DNA of 64,000 nt from Octopus bimaculoides. Lineage: Eukaryota. Location: NCBI RefSeq assembly GCF_001194135.2, contig NC_068991.1:78020504-78084503 (forward strand), given 5' to 3'. A program made the position numbers and the translations under genes. Below are positions 12,550-24,499 of this stretch, piece after piece; position 1 is the first letter of the stretch; each line of letters opens with the position of its first letter. The notes under the pieces are model-generated. The model ran no database searches. It worked only from the letters and a program-made list of their open reading frames with translations, and was not told where the DNA came from.

Positions 12550-12805
12550 ACTTGGCGACCTTGCCAGTGCTGGTGCCACATAAAAAGCACCCAGTCCACA
12601 CTGTTAAGTGGCTGGTGTTTGGAAGGACATCCAGCTGTAAAAATCATGCCAAAACTAACCTGGCCTGTGCTGGTGTCACGTAAAAAGCACTGAGTATACT
12701 CTGCAGAGTGGTTGGTGTTAGAAAGGCATCCAGTCGTAAAAACCCTACCAACTGTACAACCCATGCATGCATGGAAGGTAGACATTAGACGATGATGATA
12801 TGGAC
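12550..12805 (+). mobile_element. Old RTE-LINE 3' UTR with internal duplication
   Basis: Two GTGCTGGTG(C/T)CAC(A/G)TAAAAAGCAC..GGTTGGTGTT..GGCATCCAG units, then ACCCATGCATGCATGGAAGGTAGACATTAGACGATGATG. Confidence 0.7.
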
Positions 12806-12944
12806 TTTGTGTTTTGTTATGTGGTGATCCACTGGTGCATGGAAAAATTGTCTTGCCTGGAACCAGTCCACGGTGCAAAAAAGGCTGGAGCCAAGGATCT
12901 ACTAAATATTTGGTAAGGTTTTGTCTAGGACAAAAAAGTTTTCT

Positions 12945-13115
12945 ACCTGTCTTCTTTCAGTTTCTGTCAACCAAATCCACGCACAGGGCTTTGATAAACC
13001 CAAAGCCATAGAAGAAGACACTCGTAAAACACTTGCCCAAGGTGCCATGCAGTAGGACTGAACTAGAACAAGGCTGTTGGCAAGCAAACTCTTTACCACA
13101 GAGCCATACCTGCAC
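12945..13115 (-). mobile_element. SINE family B head
   Basis: CTTCTTTCAGTTTCTGTCAACCAAATCC..ACACTTGCCCAAGGTGCCATGCAGTAGGACTGAAC. Confidence 0.75.
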
Positions 13116-13157
13116 CTGTGTGCACATGCATATACATATATATACATACATTGACAT

Positions 13158-13614
13158 AAAGAGAACATCTATACTGATCTATTGAGAAATCTGCAGTTAT
13201 TCTATCCAGATTACAAGTTCAGGTTTATACCTGTAATTATTGGGGCCCTGGGATATGTAACACACTGCCTAAATTCCAATCTTGAGAAATTAGGCTTCTG
13301 AAAACCAGAAAGGAGAAAGCTAATTCAAAGACTACAGATCCAATCCATCACCGGAACTGTAAAAATCTGTAAAACTTTACAGAAGTTTATCATTTAAATA
13401 TATATGAGCATGTCTAGATATGCAACTATATGCATGACAATACATGCATAAAACATACAAATCTGCACATATACATACAAACAAACAAAAATACCCTGTT
13501 GTTGAAGGTGAAATTCCAATGAAGGAGCCTTGGATCTAGGTTAGAAACCGGTTCTTCTTCTATTGACAAGAAATCTTGAAATTAAACTGAATAATGACAT
13601 ACATACATTGACAT
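13158..13614 (+). mobile_element. 5'-truncated RLE-type (R2 superfamily) LINE, end of ORF plus 3' UTR, with 15-bp TSD
   Basis: Encodes LLRNLQLFYPDYKFRFIPVIIGALGYVTHC..RRLQIQSITGTVKICK with one in-frame stop; closely similar to 48315-48964; TACATACATTGACAT at both 13143-13157 and 13600-13614. Confidence 0.85.
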
Positions 13615-13707
13615 GAAATCTAGATGGAAGGTTTTAATTCAGATCACTTTAAAACCAGAAGTTTGTCTCAAAACTAGAGATAAAAGATCAGAGGTTTTCA
13701 TAAATGT

Positions 13708-15066
13708 ATCATCATCATCATCATCATCATCGTCATCATCATCGTTTAACGTCCGCTTTCCATGCTAGCATGGGTTGGACGATTTGACTGAGGACTGGTG
13801 AAACCGGATGGCAACACCAGGCTCCAGTCTGATTTGGCAGAGTTTCTACAGCTGGATGCCCTTCCTAACGCCAACCACTCAGAGAGTGTAGTGGGTGCTT
13901 TTACGTGTCACCCGCACGAAAACGGNNNNNNNNNNNNNNNNNNNNNNNNNNNNNNNNNNNNNNNNNNNNNNNNNNNNNNNNNNNNNNNNNNNNNNNNNNN
14001 NNNNNNNNNNNNNNNNNNNNNNNNNNNNNNNNNNNNNNNNNNNNNNNNNNNNNNNNNNNNNNNNNNNNNNNNNNNNNNNNNNNNNNNNNNNNNNNNNNNN
14101 NNNNNNNNNNNNNNNNNNNNNNNNNNNNNNNNNNNNNNNNNNNNNNNNNNNNNNNNNNNNNNNNNNNNNNNNNNNNNNNNNNNNNNNNNNNNNNNNNNNN
14201 NNNNNNNNNNNNNNNNNNNNNNNNNNNNNNNNNNNNNNNNNNNNNNNNNNNNNNNNNNNNNNNNNNNNNNNNNNNNNNNNNNNNNNNNNNNNNNNNNNNN
14301 NNNNNNNNNNNNNNNNNNNNNNNNNNNNNNNNNNNNNNNNNNNNNNNNNNNNNNNNNNNNNNNNNNNNNNNNNNNNNNNNNNNNNNNNNNNNNNNNNNNN
14401 NNNNNNNNNNNNNNNNNNNNNNNNNNNNNNNNNNNNNNNNNNNNNNNNNNNNNNNNNNNNNNNNNNNNNNNNNNNNNNNNNNNNNNNNNNNNNNNNNNNN
14501 NNNNNNNNNNNNNNNNNNNNNNNNNNNNNNNNNNNNNNNNNNNNNNNNNNNNNNNNNNNNNNNNNNNNNNNNNNNNNNNNNNNNNNNNNNNNNNNNNNNN
14601 NNNNNNNNNNNNNNNNNNNNNNNNNNNNNNNNNNNNNNNNNNNNNNNNNNNNNNNNNNNNNNNNNNNNNNNNNNNNNNNNNNNNNNNNNNNNNNNNNNNN
14701 NNNNNNNACAGTCTGCCTTTTACTCTGAGTGAGAGTCCCTTTGTCGCCAGCAGGGGTAAGAGCTCTCTAAACTTTGCCCAGGCTATTCTTATTCTAGCAG
14801 CTACACTTTCAGCGCACCCACCCCCACTACTAACTTGGTCGCCCAGATAGCGGAAGCTATCGACTACCTCTAGTTTTTCACCCTGGAATGAGATAGAAGT
14901 TGTTTCCTGTTTGTTTGCAGTCTTTATTGCACCTGAACATCTGCCACAAACAAAAACTAACTTGCTAGTTAACCTGCCTTTGATGTTGCTGCACCTCTTA
15001 TGTGTCCATAGCTTGCACCGGGTACATCTTATAGAGTTACTACCTACTCCTTTTCTACATACTGTA
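13708..15066 (-). mobile_element. Young 5'-truncated RTE-clade LINE: PHD-like finger plus RT C-terminal region, N gap, 3' UTR and (GAT)n tail
   Basis: 15063 to 14709 is an open frame VCRKGVGSNSIRCTRCKLWTHKRC..FVCGRC..LEVVDSFRYLGDQVSSGGGCAESVAARIRIAWAKFRELLPLL; 3' UTR GGTTGGCGTTAGGAAGGGCATCCAGC..ACGTTAAACGATGATG; continuity across the gap is inferred. Confidence 0.85.
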
Positions 15067-15448
15067 TAGAGTTGAATAATGTGGCACAGAAGTATGGAGT
15101 TGAGTCAATTCTGGCCTTTGTCAAATTATTGACACACCTACCAAATAGTATCTCTATAACTATGCCACATATCTAAGAAAATATTGTGCTAACAATATAA
15201 AAAGAAATAGAAGCATTATACCAAATCAAATGACACAAACTATAAATGTCAGTGAGAGAGAGAGAGAGACATTAATATTTTTCTTCTTTGTGTTTCTTAA
15301 ATAGAGTATTAGGTCAAAGAAGGGTGGAAGCTTCTGGAAGAGTGAGGTAATATAACATAAATGACAATTACTTCTAGCATATATATATATATGTGCGTGC
15401 GTACATGTGTGTTTATATCTCATCAAGCAGTATGTTATTGGTTATGAA

Positions 15449-15645
15449 GGTGGTGAGCTGGCAGAAACATTAGCACGCCAGGTGAAATGGTCTTTACGTT
15501 CTGAGTTCAAATTCCACCAAGGTCAACTTTGCCTTTTATCCTTTCAGGCTCGATAAATTAAATACCAGTTGCATACTGGGGTCAATCTAATCAACTGTCC
15601 TCCTCCCCAGAAATTTCAGGCCTTGTGCCTAGAGTAGAAACGAAT
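15449..15645 (+). mobile_element. tRNA-SINE family A copy
   Basis: GGTGGTGAGCTGGCAGAAACATTAGC..CTGAGTTCAAATTCC..GGTCAACTTTGCCTTTTATCCTTTC..TAAATACCAGTTG..GGCCTTGTGCC. Confidence 0.8.
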
Positions 15646-15821
15646 ATATTACAGGTTATAACTGGTCAGAATGTTACCACTGGCTTTGCACCCACGATTG
15701 CACCCGGGCAATACTGACCAGTTACAGGACTAGTTATGTACTACTCAATGATATATAAAAATATAACTTCTCTATTACTCATTCTGAGCATGGTTTTTTT
15801 TTTATGACTGGGGACATTTAA

Positions 15822-15892
<71 letters not shown>

Positions 15893-17044
15893 ACATGTGT
15901 ATACATATGCATGTGCATGTGGGTGTATATGTATATATATACATTCAATGGTTCACAATGCCTGAGGATTTGGGATTGCGCAATCCACCAATCACAAATA
16001 AATTACAATGCTATTGAGATATTTACAGTCTGTACTGCACTGTCATTGATCTTCATTTAGTTTATACATACATACATATATCCTAATATGTGTGTGAGAG
16101 AGGGGGGGGAGAGCCATACACATTCTAACATAAGAATGAAGAAACAATATATGCACAATTAAGTGATAAGAGGTTGACATTATTTATAGTTTGTTATCAT
16201 TTTTAGATATGATAATGGCTGTAGAGTAGAGGTGTGCAAAATGTGGTTGATCTAGACTAAGTAGCTTAGCATTTAGTCCTTCCTTGCTCTCATACCCTAC
16301 CAGGGTCAACCTATCTTAATGAAATAACTACCAAATATGCACTATTTAAGCACCTGAAATCACTTGCTCTGATCCCACAAATTTACAGTTTTGAGGTATT
16401 TTAAGAAATTATTTGTACTGGGTTAGGGTTTTAAAATGCATCTGGTTCAGGAATTCCAGGGTTTTGAAGAGTGTAGAACCATCCCTTTGCCATTATTGTT
16501 CCCACGTCTGCTCTGATCCAGAGTAGTAGACCCTGTCAAAGTCTGAGCTACGTGTTAAACAGCATGTACCCACTCAGTCCAGGGTACCCTGAAATCATGG
16601 GATGCAACATGGCAGATGTGAGCTGTTTTGGTAAATGAATATTATTGAATCAACGGTGAGTGTCACTAAATGTTGATTGGCTGAACACTCAACAAAGTGT
16701 TAAGAGACAGGATCAACCAGTTCAACAAACTATTGCTGCTGTCATCTGTAGCCATTGCTTGTGCAGTTGAGATATTTCAGCCAGTGAAAGACCAACGTGA
16801 CTAAAATGCAAACCAGACATTCATGCCACATCATTCAATTGGGACATGTGGCACAGAAGAGTTGTAACGGTCCAGGCAAGTCACCCAACTGGATGATGAT
16901 GATGATGGTGATTATGGAGTCATTGATTTTTAAAAACTCAATGTTGAATTGGTAGGTAAAAATTAAAGCAATCGTGGTCAAACTGCAAACTTGAGGGACT
17001 TTCTGAATGACATGCCATGAAAAATTACCTCATCAGCCTATCTG

Positions 17045-17759
17045 ATGATGAGCCATGTCTCATGTGGCTGGCTTGATGATGAGTCATGTCTCATGTGGCA
17101 GGCTTGATGATGAGTCATGTCTCATGTGGCAGGCTTGATGATGAGTCATGTCTCATGTGGCTGGCTTGATGATGAACCATGTCTCATGTGGCAGGCTTGA
17201 TGATGAGTCATGTCTCATGTGGCAGGCTTGATGATGAGTCATGTCTCATGTGGCAGGCTTGATGATGAGTCATGTCTCATGTGGCTGGTNNNNNNNNNNN
17301 NNNNNNNNNNNNNNNNNNNNNNNNNNNNNNNNNNNNNNNNNNNNNNNNNNNNNNNNNNNNNNNNNNNNNNNNNNNNNNNNNNNNNNNNNNNNNNNNNNNN
17401 NNNNNNNNNNNNNNNNNNNNNNNNNNNNNNNNNNNNNNNNNNNNNNNNNNNNNNNNNNNNNNNNNNNNNNNNNNNNNNNNNNNNNNNNNNNNNNNNNNNN
17501 NNNNNNNNNNNNNNNNNNNNNNNNNNNNNNNNNNNNNNNNNNNNNNCTGATGATGAGCCATGTCTCATGTGGCTGGCTTGATGATGAGTCATGTCTCATG
17601 TGGCAGGCTTGATGATGAGTCATGTCTCATGTGGCAGGCTTGATGATGAGTCATGTCTCATGTGGCTGGTTTGATGATGAGCCATGTCTCATGTGGCTGG
17701 TTTGATGATGAGCCATGTCTCATGTGGCTGGCTTGATGATGAGTCATGTCTCATGTGGC
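17045..17759. repeat. 31-bp minisatellite GATGATGAGTCATGTCTCATGTGGCAGGCTT (about 15 visible units, N gap inside)
   Basis: Exact 31-nt periodicity with variants GGCAGG/GGCTGG and AGTC/AGCC/AACC. Confidence 0.95.
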
Positions 17760-17794
17760 CTACTTCTCGAAACAGATTGCCCAAGCCTGCATCA

Positions 17795-19550
17795 CAGCAC
17801 CAGACAAGAACCCTTACACTATTTGTTCCATTTTTTTACATTCTGAGTTCAAATCCAGGTGAGATTGAATTTGTATTTTATCCTTCTGGGGAAAGAGGAA
17901 GGGGTGAATGAAATAAAATACCAGTCATGTCCAGGGGTAGACCTTATCAACTAAATCCATCTCCCTCAGCACAATTGGCCTTGTACCTAAATTGGAAACA
18001 ATTATTAAAGTAGTGAATTGACAGAATCATTAGACAGCCCCACCCATGACAGCATGGAAGGTGGACATTAAACAATGATGATGATGATTATTAGAGCATC
18101 AGGCAAAATTCCTTGTGGTATTCCTTACAGTTCTTTACATTCCAAGTTCAAATCTTGTCATGGACAGCTTTGCCTTTCATCCTTTTGGGGCTGATAAAAT
18201 AAAGTACTGACAGCAGTGTGACTGACTCCCTCTCCTACAATTTCTGGCTTTGTCTCCAAATTTAAAATAATTCTTATCACCAAGAAATCATCATCATCAT
18301 CATCATTATATTATTATTATTATTATTATTATTATTATCATCATCATTCAAGGTGGCAGAACTTTTAAAGAGTTGGACAAAATTGCTTTGTAGCACTTCA
18401 TCCAACGCTTTACACTCTGAGTTCAAATTCCACCCAGGATGACTTTGCCATTCATACTTTTGGGAGTCAATACAATAAGTACCAGTTGCATACTGGAGTC
18501 AATCTAACCAACAAACACTCACTCCCATAATTTCAGGCAGATTGACCCTAGTACGTAACTGGTACTTAATTTATCAACCCCAAAAGGCTGAAAGGCAAAG
18601 TCGACCTTGGCAGATCTTCAATATTATTATGTAGGCAGGGAGCTGCTGGCAGAAATGTTTAAAGGCATATCTTCTGACTCTGCATTCTGAGTTCAAATAC
18701 CACCAGGGTTGACCTTACCACTCATTCTTTCTTTTTTTTTCTACTCTAGGCACAAGGCCTGAAATTTTTGGGGAGAGGGCCAGTTGATTAGATGGACCCC
18801 AGTATGAAACTGGTACTTGATTTATTGAGCCTGAAAGCATGAAAGGCAAAGTTGACCTTGGCAGAATTTGAACTCAAAATGTAAAGACAGACGAATTACC
18901 GCTAAGCATTTTGCCCGGCGTGCTAGCGTTTCTGCCAGTTCCCCCCCCCACCTTACTGTCTTATTCTTTCAAGGTCAATAGACCAAGTTGAGCACGGCGG
19001 TCAACGCAACGGATTTCCTCTGAAACTGATGGCCTTGTGCCAAAACTTGAAATTACTACTACTGCTACTACTATTACTACTACTACTACTAGTAAGACAG
19101 TGAGCAGGCAGTATTGTTAGTATGCTGAACAGCATTTCATCCATTTTATGTCCCAAGTTCAAATTTTGCCAAGGTTGACTTTGCCTTTCATTCTGTCAGG
19201 GTCAGTTAAGTACCAATTGAGCACTGGGGTTGATGTAATCGACTTAACCCCCTCCCCTCAAAATTTCTGGCTTTGTGTCATAACTTTAACCCATGGAGAT
19301 TATTATTATTATTATTATTAAGGCAGCGAGCTGGCAGAAATGTTAGCATGCCGGGCAAAATGCTTAGCAGTATTTTGTCTGTCTTCAGGTTCTGAGTTCA
19401 AATTCTGCCAGGGTTGACCTTGCTTTTCATCCTTTCGGGGTCGATTAAATCAGTACCAGTGAAACGGTGGGGGTCAATGTAACCAACTTAATCCTTTCCC
19501 CAAAATTTGAGGCCTTGTGCTCCCAGTAGAGCGGATTATTATTATTACTA
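17795..19550. mobile_element. Cluster of about nine family A SINE copies or fragments in both orientations, plus a nested RTE tail at about 18036-18090
   Basis: Repeated GAGTTCAAAT / TTTGCCTTTCATCC / AAGTACCAG / GGCCTTGTG modules separated by (ATT)n, (CAT)n and (CTA)n spacers; minus copies at about 18540-18625 and 18735-18950. Confidence 0.85.
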
Positions 19551-19622
19551 AAAGATAGCAGAATAAAGTTTTGAAGCATCAAAAGTTGATGACTGACTCA
19601 GTGCCAAACACATACATATCCC

Positions 19623-19901
19623 CAGTGATGGATGGGCCAGGTTGCACCATGGCAAGTGGGCCCCTGTGCCATTAGATGGGGACCCATGTTAGTATCTCAA
19701 GTTTGAGAATTTTTTTATTCACTCCTGGAGGAATGCATTAATCATTTCAGCCTGGCTGTGTTTGTAGACAGTTGAAAAGAATACTTTAAACAAAAAAAAA
19801 TTAAATTATAACATTGTAGTTGTGGGTGGGCCCCCTAGTAGTTGCTGGTGGGCCCCCTTGGTCTCTTGGTAACCAATATTTTTAGACCCAGTCCACCACT
19901 G
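19623..19901. mobile_element. hAT-like MITE (279 bp) with 8-bp TSD
   Basis: Left end CAGTGATGGATGGG; right end reverse complement CAGTGGTGGACTGGG; TSD CATATCCC (19615-19622) and CATATCAC (19902-19909); internal GTGGGCCCC repeats. Confidence 0.75.
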
Positions 19902-20944
19902 CATATCACGCATGACTCTAGTAATAAACAGAAGCATATTAAATGCATTAATCTAACGACAAATACATACACATCTGGCACTAAATACATAACACATTCC
20001 ACATATAACATATAGAAATCTAACAAATATAAGAAGACACTTTGCAATCACCGTTTCTACCCTACTAACGATGTGTGTGTGTGTGTGTGTGTGTAAATGG
20101 GGCTGGGGATTGTATGTATGCATAAATCAGTCACTAATGAACTATTTAACCAACCCTAAAATATGAATTCCATTAATGAGACTTCCCCTGCTCCCTCTTT
20201 GCAAAAATTGCAAATTAAATGGAAGCTACGTTAATTGAACAAAATCAAAATGGAGAATTAAAAACCAAAAACTCACAAAAGGCAAGAGAAGGTGGGGGTG
20301 GAGGGAGAAAGTGTATATCTAAATAAACAACCAGAAAAAAAAAAGAACAATCACTTCAATCAGATGTGTATATGGGAGTGGGGAAGGTGCTGGGTTTGTG
20401 AAGGGGGGACTAGTAAGAGTGATATTTGTAGAAGAGAGAGAGAGAAGACAAAAAAAAATGGATGTTTATTATATCAACTGTCAAATATTAATCTAAATTG
20501 GCTGATCCTCATGACACTACGAAGATAAATTACAAAACATCCAACTTCTAACAAAATTTAACATCACCACCACAGGATTTGTGTGTGCTTGTGTAAATGC
20601 AAATATATGTTACTGTATCAATATATATATATATATATATGCATGCATGCACCAGTCTGTCTGTAGATACGCAAAGTTATGTATGCATGGGTAAATACAT
20701 GTTTGTGCACATACACACACATATATATAATTATATATATATATATATATATATATACATAGAAAATGTGTATACATTGTGTGAGTGCAGATATATGTAT
20801 AAATACAGATATATACACACAAATACATTTATATATGCACACACACACATATATATATACATACACACATATTGTGTCAGTTTACATGTTTATATATTAC
20901 ATACAACTAAAGGAGCTCGTGTATGTGTGTATATATATATAGAG

Positions 20945-20982
<38 letters not shown>

Positions 20983-21660
20983 GTATGTATTGAACATAAC
21001 AGTATAAACAATAGTTCTGCTTGAAATGTTAATAGGCTTTAGCAGATTTAACTTTGATACATGACCTAGGTCAGTAAAACCTGAAAATATCAAAGGATTA
21101 ATGTTTTGTAAAGGTTATAATCAGAGAATACAGACACACACACACACACACGTACTACATTCATACAAACACAAACATACATACATTACTTCTATCTACA
21201 CGAACACACATACATAGAAACCTATAAACATATGGGTGTATATATATNNNNNNNNNNNNNNNNNNNNNNNNNNNNNNNNNNNNNNNNNNNNNNNNNTATA
21301 TATTTGACCTAAGTATATATATACACAGGCACACATATACAAAGATAATTTAGAAACCTAATTAAAAAGTAAAATATGTATTCAAAATCTTACATTCTTA
21401 CATATATACACACATATACACAAAAAGAAATTCACGTATAATTATGTGTGTGAGCAAATGTGCATACCATTTCCCTTATTTAAAGTGTAACACATTCTTT
21501 AATCCTTTGATTTTGGTAGGATTTCACTAATATTTCAATAGAAATCAAATCAAAATGTGTAAAAAAAACAAAAGATAAATTTATGCCTTATCTCGTTTTT
21601 AACTGTGCATGTATTTATATGTATACTTATATACACAAGTGTATGTGTGAGTATATATGT

Positions 21661-21828
21661 CTCTGAGTGGTTGGCGTTAGGAAGGGCATCCAGCTGTAGA
21701 AACTCTGCAAAATCAGACTGGAGCCTGGTGTTGCCATCCGGTTTCACCAGTCCTCAGTCAAATCGTCCAACCCATGCTAGCATGGAAAGCGGACGTTAAA
21801 CGATGATGATGATGATGATGATGATGAT
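21661..21828 (+). mobile_element. Young RTE-LINE 3' UTR fragment with (GAT)n tail
   Basis: One mismatch seen in about 140 nt against the reverse complement of 13745-13885. Confidence 0.9.
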
Positions 21829-22379
21829 ATATATAGGGTGATATGATGTGTGTGGTGCAGTAGTATTAACAATTGTCTTCCCGACAGCTCACTGCCATTA
21901 CCAAGGTCATGTTTTGGAATGAAGCAGCAGCCTGGTACATGAGTTTTCTCTGAAGTCCACGGTTTCTCTTTGACCAAGATTCTTGCTAGACTTCCCTGAT
22001 ACCACACATACTAAATGGATGCTTGTAGCCCTAGGGAAACTCAACGAAGAATCTTGGAGCAGCAGGAGGTCCCTCAAGATACAATGTGTTGGCCTACGGT
22101 GGTGGACATGCCCTGGAATTTTATCAGTGACTATTCTGCTATTCTATGGGTGTGTCCAGGAAGACAGGCTAAGAGAGTACACCCTATGAGAAAAACAATC
22201 TATGATAGTTTAAACTGATTTCCAAGACATTGGTAGGCAATACCAGTCATCATGAACCAACTTTGGGTCTATCTATATTTCCTTCAGGGTGAAGTACTCA
22301 GTAATATGCAAACTCAACATCAATATAAAACCTTATTATGCAGGTGTCTTCTGCAATCTGGATTATGGATTATTGATCT

Positions 22380-24332
22380 CTAACAAGTGTGATAGTGATG
22401 GAAAATCTGAATGCATTGCAAGCTTCTAGTCAGAACTTTATTCATCAACAAGGAAGGCCAACAGTCATTGATAGCTGGAATAGAGTGGGGTGGAGGGTCT
22501 GACCCTGACAGACTGTTGGGACTGAGTAGCTCTACACCTAGGAACTGAGCTGCCCACATTAAGGCCTAGAAATGGTGACCTAAAAATCAGACAGCTTAAT
22601 TCCTGTAGAACAGACAAGAACTGATTAATATAAACAATTCAATAAAGCAAGCCAAGCACCATACAGCTCTCATAACCAATGAACTGAGGTGCGACAATGG
22701 ACAAAATGTTGCCTTCAGTGAGATCAGGCTATTTAAAGACGGTTCTCTTAAAGATGATGAGGGTTAATCATTTGTCTGGAAGGCTACCTTGAGAATGGAT
22801 ATCACAAAAACAAGGCATCAACTCTGCCATGAGAAATGGTCAGCTATCTAAACTGACAAAAACACTAGTTTGCATCAATGAGCAGTTAAGGCCTTTCTGT
22901 GTTTTCTTTGCAGAAAGTTGCTGTGTCCTATTATACTGTATGTCTGTATTAACTCAGTCATCAGAGAATTAAACGACCATTTGAAAACGGAGTCATCCTA
23001 ATGACTAATTTTAATGCAAGATTAAGGAAAAAATTAAGAAAAGCATAGTTTTGGGAAAACTAACTGCAATGGCATCAGATTCCACCATTACCAAGACCAT
23101 CTTCTGGCTGAAGAATAAATACAAGACCCTCTGGGATATATACTAGATCCAAACACTACAAGATAGTCAGGGGAGGTAAACCTCAAAGATGGTCTGTTCA
23201 CTCACACAATGGAGAAAGCTGAGTGTTGGACAGATCATAATGTGATATTAACAAGGGTCACAGTACAAGCACCCCACCTTAAGAGAACCCGGAAGAGCAC
23301 CAAACAGTAAGAAAATCAATTACTGTAATCAATTACCAATATTTGTAAGAATTTTCATCATTCCTTAACTTTCAAACTTAATGTTTCAACAGCCCTCATC
23401 ATTTCAAAAATTGGATGACAAATGGTACTCTTTAAGTTCCACAGCCTTTAATGTTGCTGTTGAAACCATAAACTAATTAAAAAAACAATCACCTAAGCAA
23501 GTTCAATGAGAACTTGCAAAATAAGCAAGTTCCCGAATGACATACACAACGGCCACAAAACAACTCTAGGCAGTTCCTCATCACATGTTCCAAAAATCAG
23601 GGAGATCCAATCTGCCCTTCACACCCTGAAGAATGGTTAATGAGCTGCAAAGGCCCAAAACATTTAGAGGCATGAAGACATTTATGAAATGCAATTTCCA
23701 TGATGCAACTGGGACTCTTTATGGTCTTGGTAACTGTTCCATGGCACCAGTTATCAGACAGCACTTCTAAAAGACAGGACCTGTCAAATTTAGTAGAACA
23801 CTGGAAAGATCACTTAAACCAATTCCTAAAGCAGTGGATTTGGCAATCACAGAAGAATTTTGTGAAATACTCCTTACCCACCAACTTGGGGTGAAGTTAG
23901 TGCTGCCAGCACAATCTGGCTCATGGGCCAGACAATATTCCAGAAGAGATTTTCCCAGAAAGGTGATAATGTATGCACAAGATTTCTTCATTTTACATCA
24001 CAGAAGCATGAAATCAGAAATAAATACTATAACATTGAAAGGCCACAAAAGTCAGGAGTCCATTTTTAGAAAAAGATCCAGACCAAGGTTATCCTTAAGA
24101 AAAAGGGCCTGTTGATGTCGGAGAACATCATACCAAAGTTACAATATGGTTTCTGGCGGGGCTGAAACATAACTGATTTGATCTATAAGGCATTTTCATG
24201 ATAAATGCAAGGAACAACCACCAGGCACTGTTCACTGTGACTTTAATGGAAACATTTAACACGATAAACAGGGAACTTCTGTGTGATGGTCTCAGAAAGT
24301 TTGGCTGCCCACCTAAGTCTGTGAATCCCCTA
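22380..24332 (+). mobile_element. Highly decayed RTE (BovB-like) LINE: APE endonuclease and RT N-terminal remnants; 5' UTR may start near 21860
   Basis: Broken frames give VAFSEIRLFKDGSL (cf. IAALSETRL), AECWTDH, EHWKDHL, LQYGF..G..T.D, ETFNTINRELL..GLRKFGCP. Confidence 0.75.
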
Positions 24333-24499
24333 ACCTAGCTTAATCCTTTCATTACCATATTTATTTTGAGATTCTCTGTGTTTCTTTCAATTAATTTTAA
24401 ATCTAACAAAGAATTTAGTAAAAATGACTTAGTTATCATTAAGCTAGTGTTAGGAACATAAATTGTGACTAAGGTTTGGTGGAAGATTTTAATTGAGAA

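Noticed and set aside
13786-13810. CTGAGGA-CTGGT-GAAAC hammerhead-like string in the RTE 3' UTR (also 21741-21760, minus)
   Set aside because: Only 5 non-pairing nt lie between the core halves, and there is no GUH site or stem I.
15449-15520. tRNA gene calls for SINE heads with A- and B-box-like motifs
   Set aside because: No complete cloverleaf forms, and each head continues into a SINE body; no true tRNA, rRNA or CRISPR array was found.
15958-15995. CCTGAGGA followed by palindrome GGATTGCGCAATCC
   Set aside because: It could be a decayed PLE hammerhead, but the GAAA half is absent (CCAATC), so it cannot be supported.
17045-17759. TGATGA (box C) and CTGA (box D) words in the 31-mer, and a CRISPR-like look
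   Set aside because: The units are contiguous tandem repeats with no spacers, no paired C/D architecture and no guide; context is eukaryotic.
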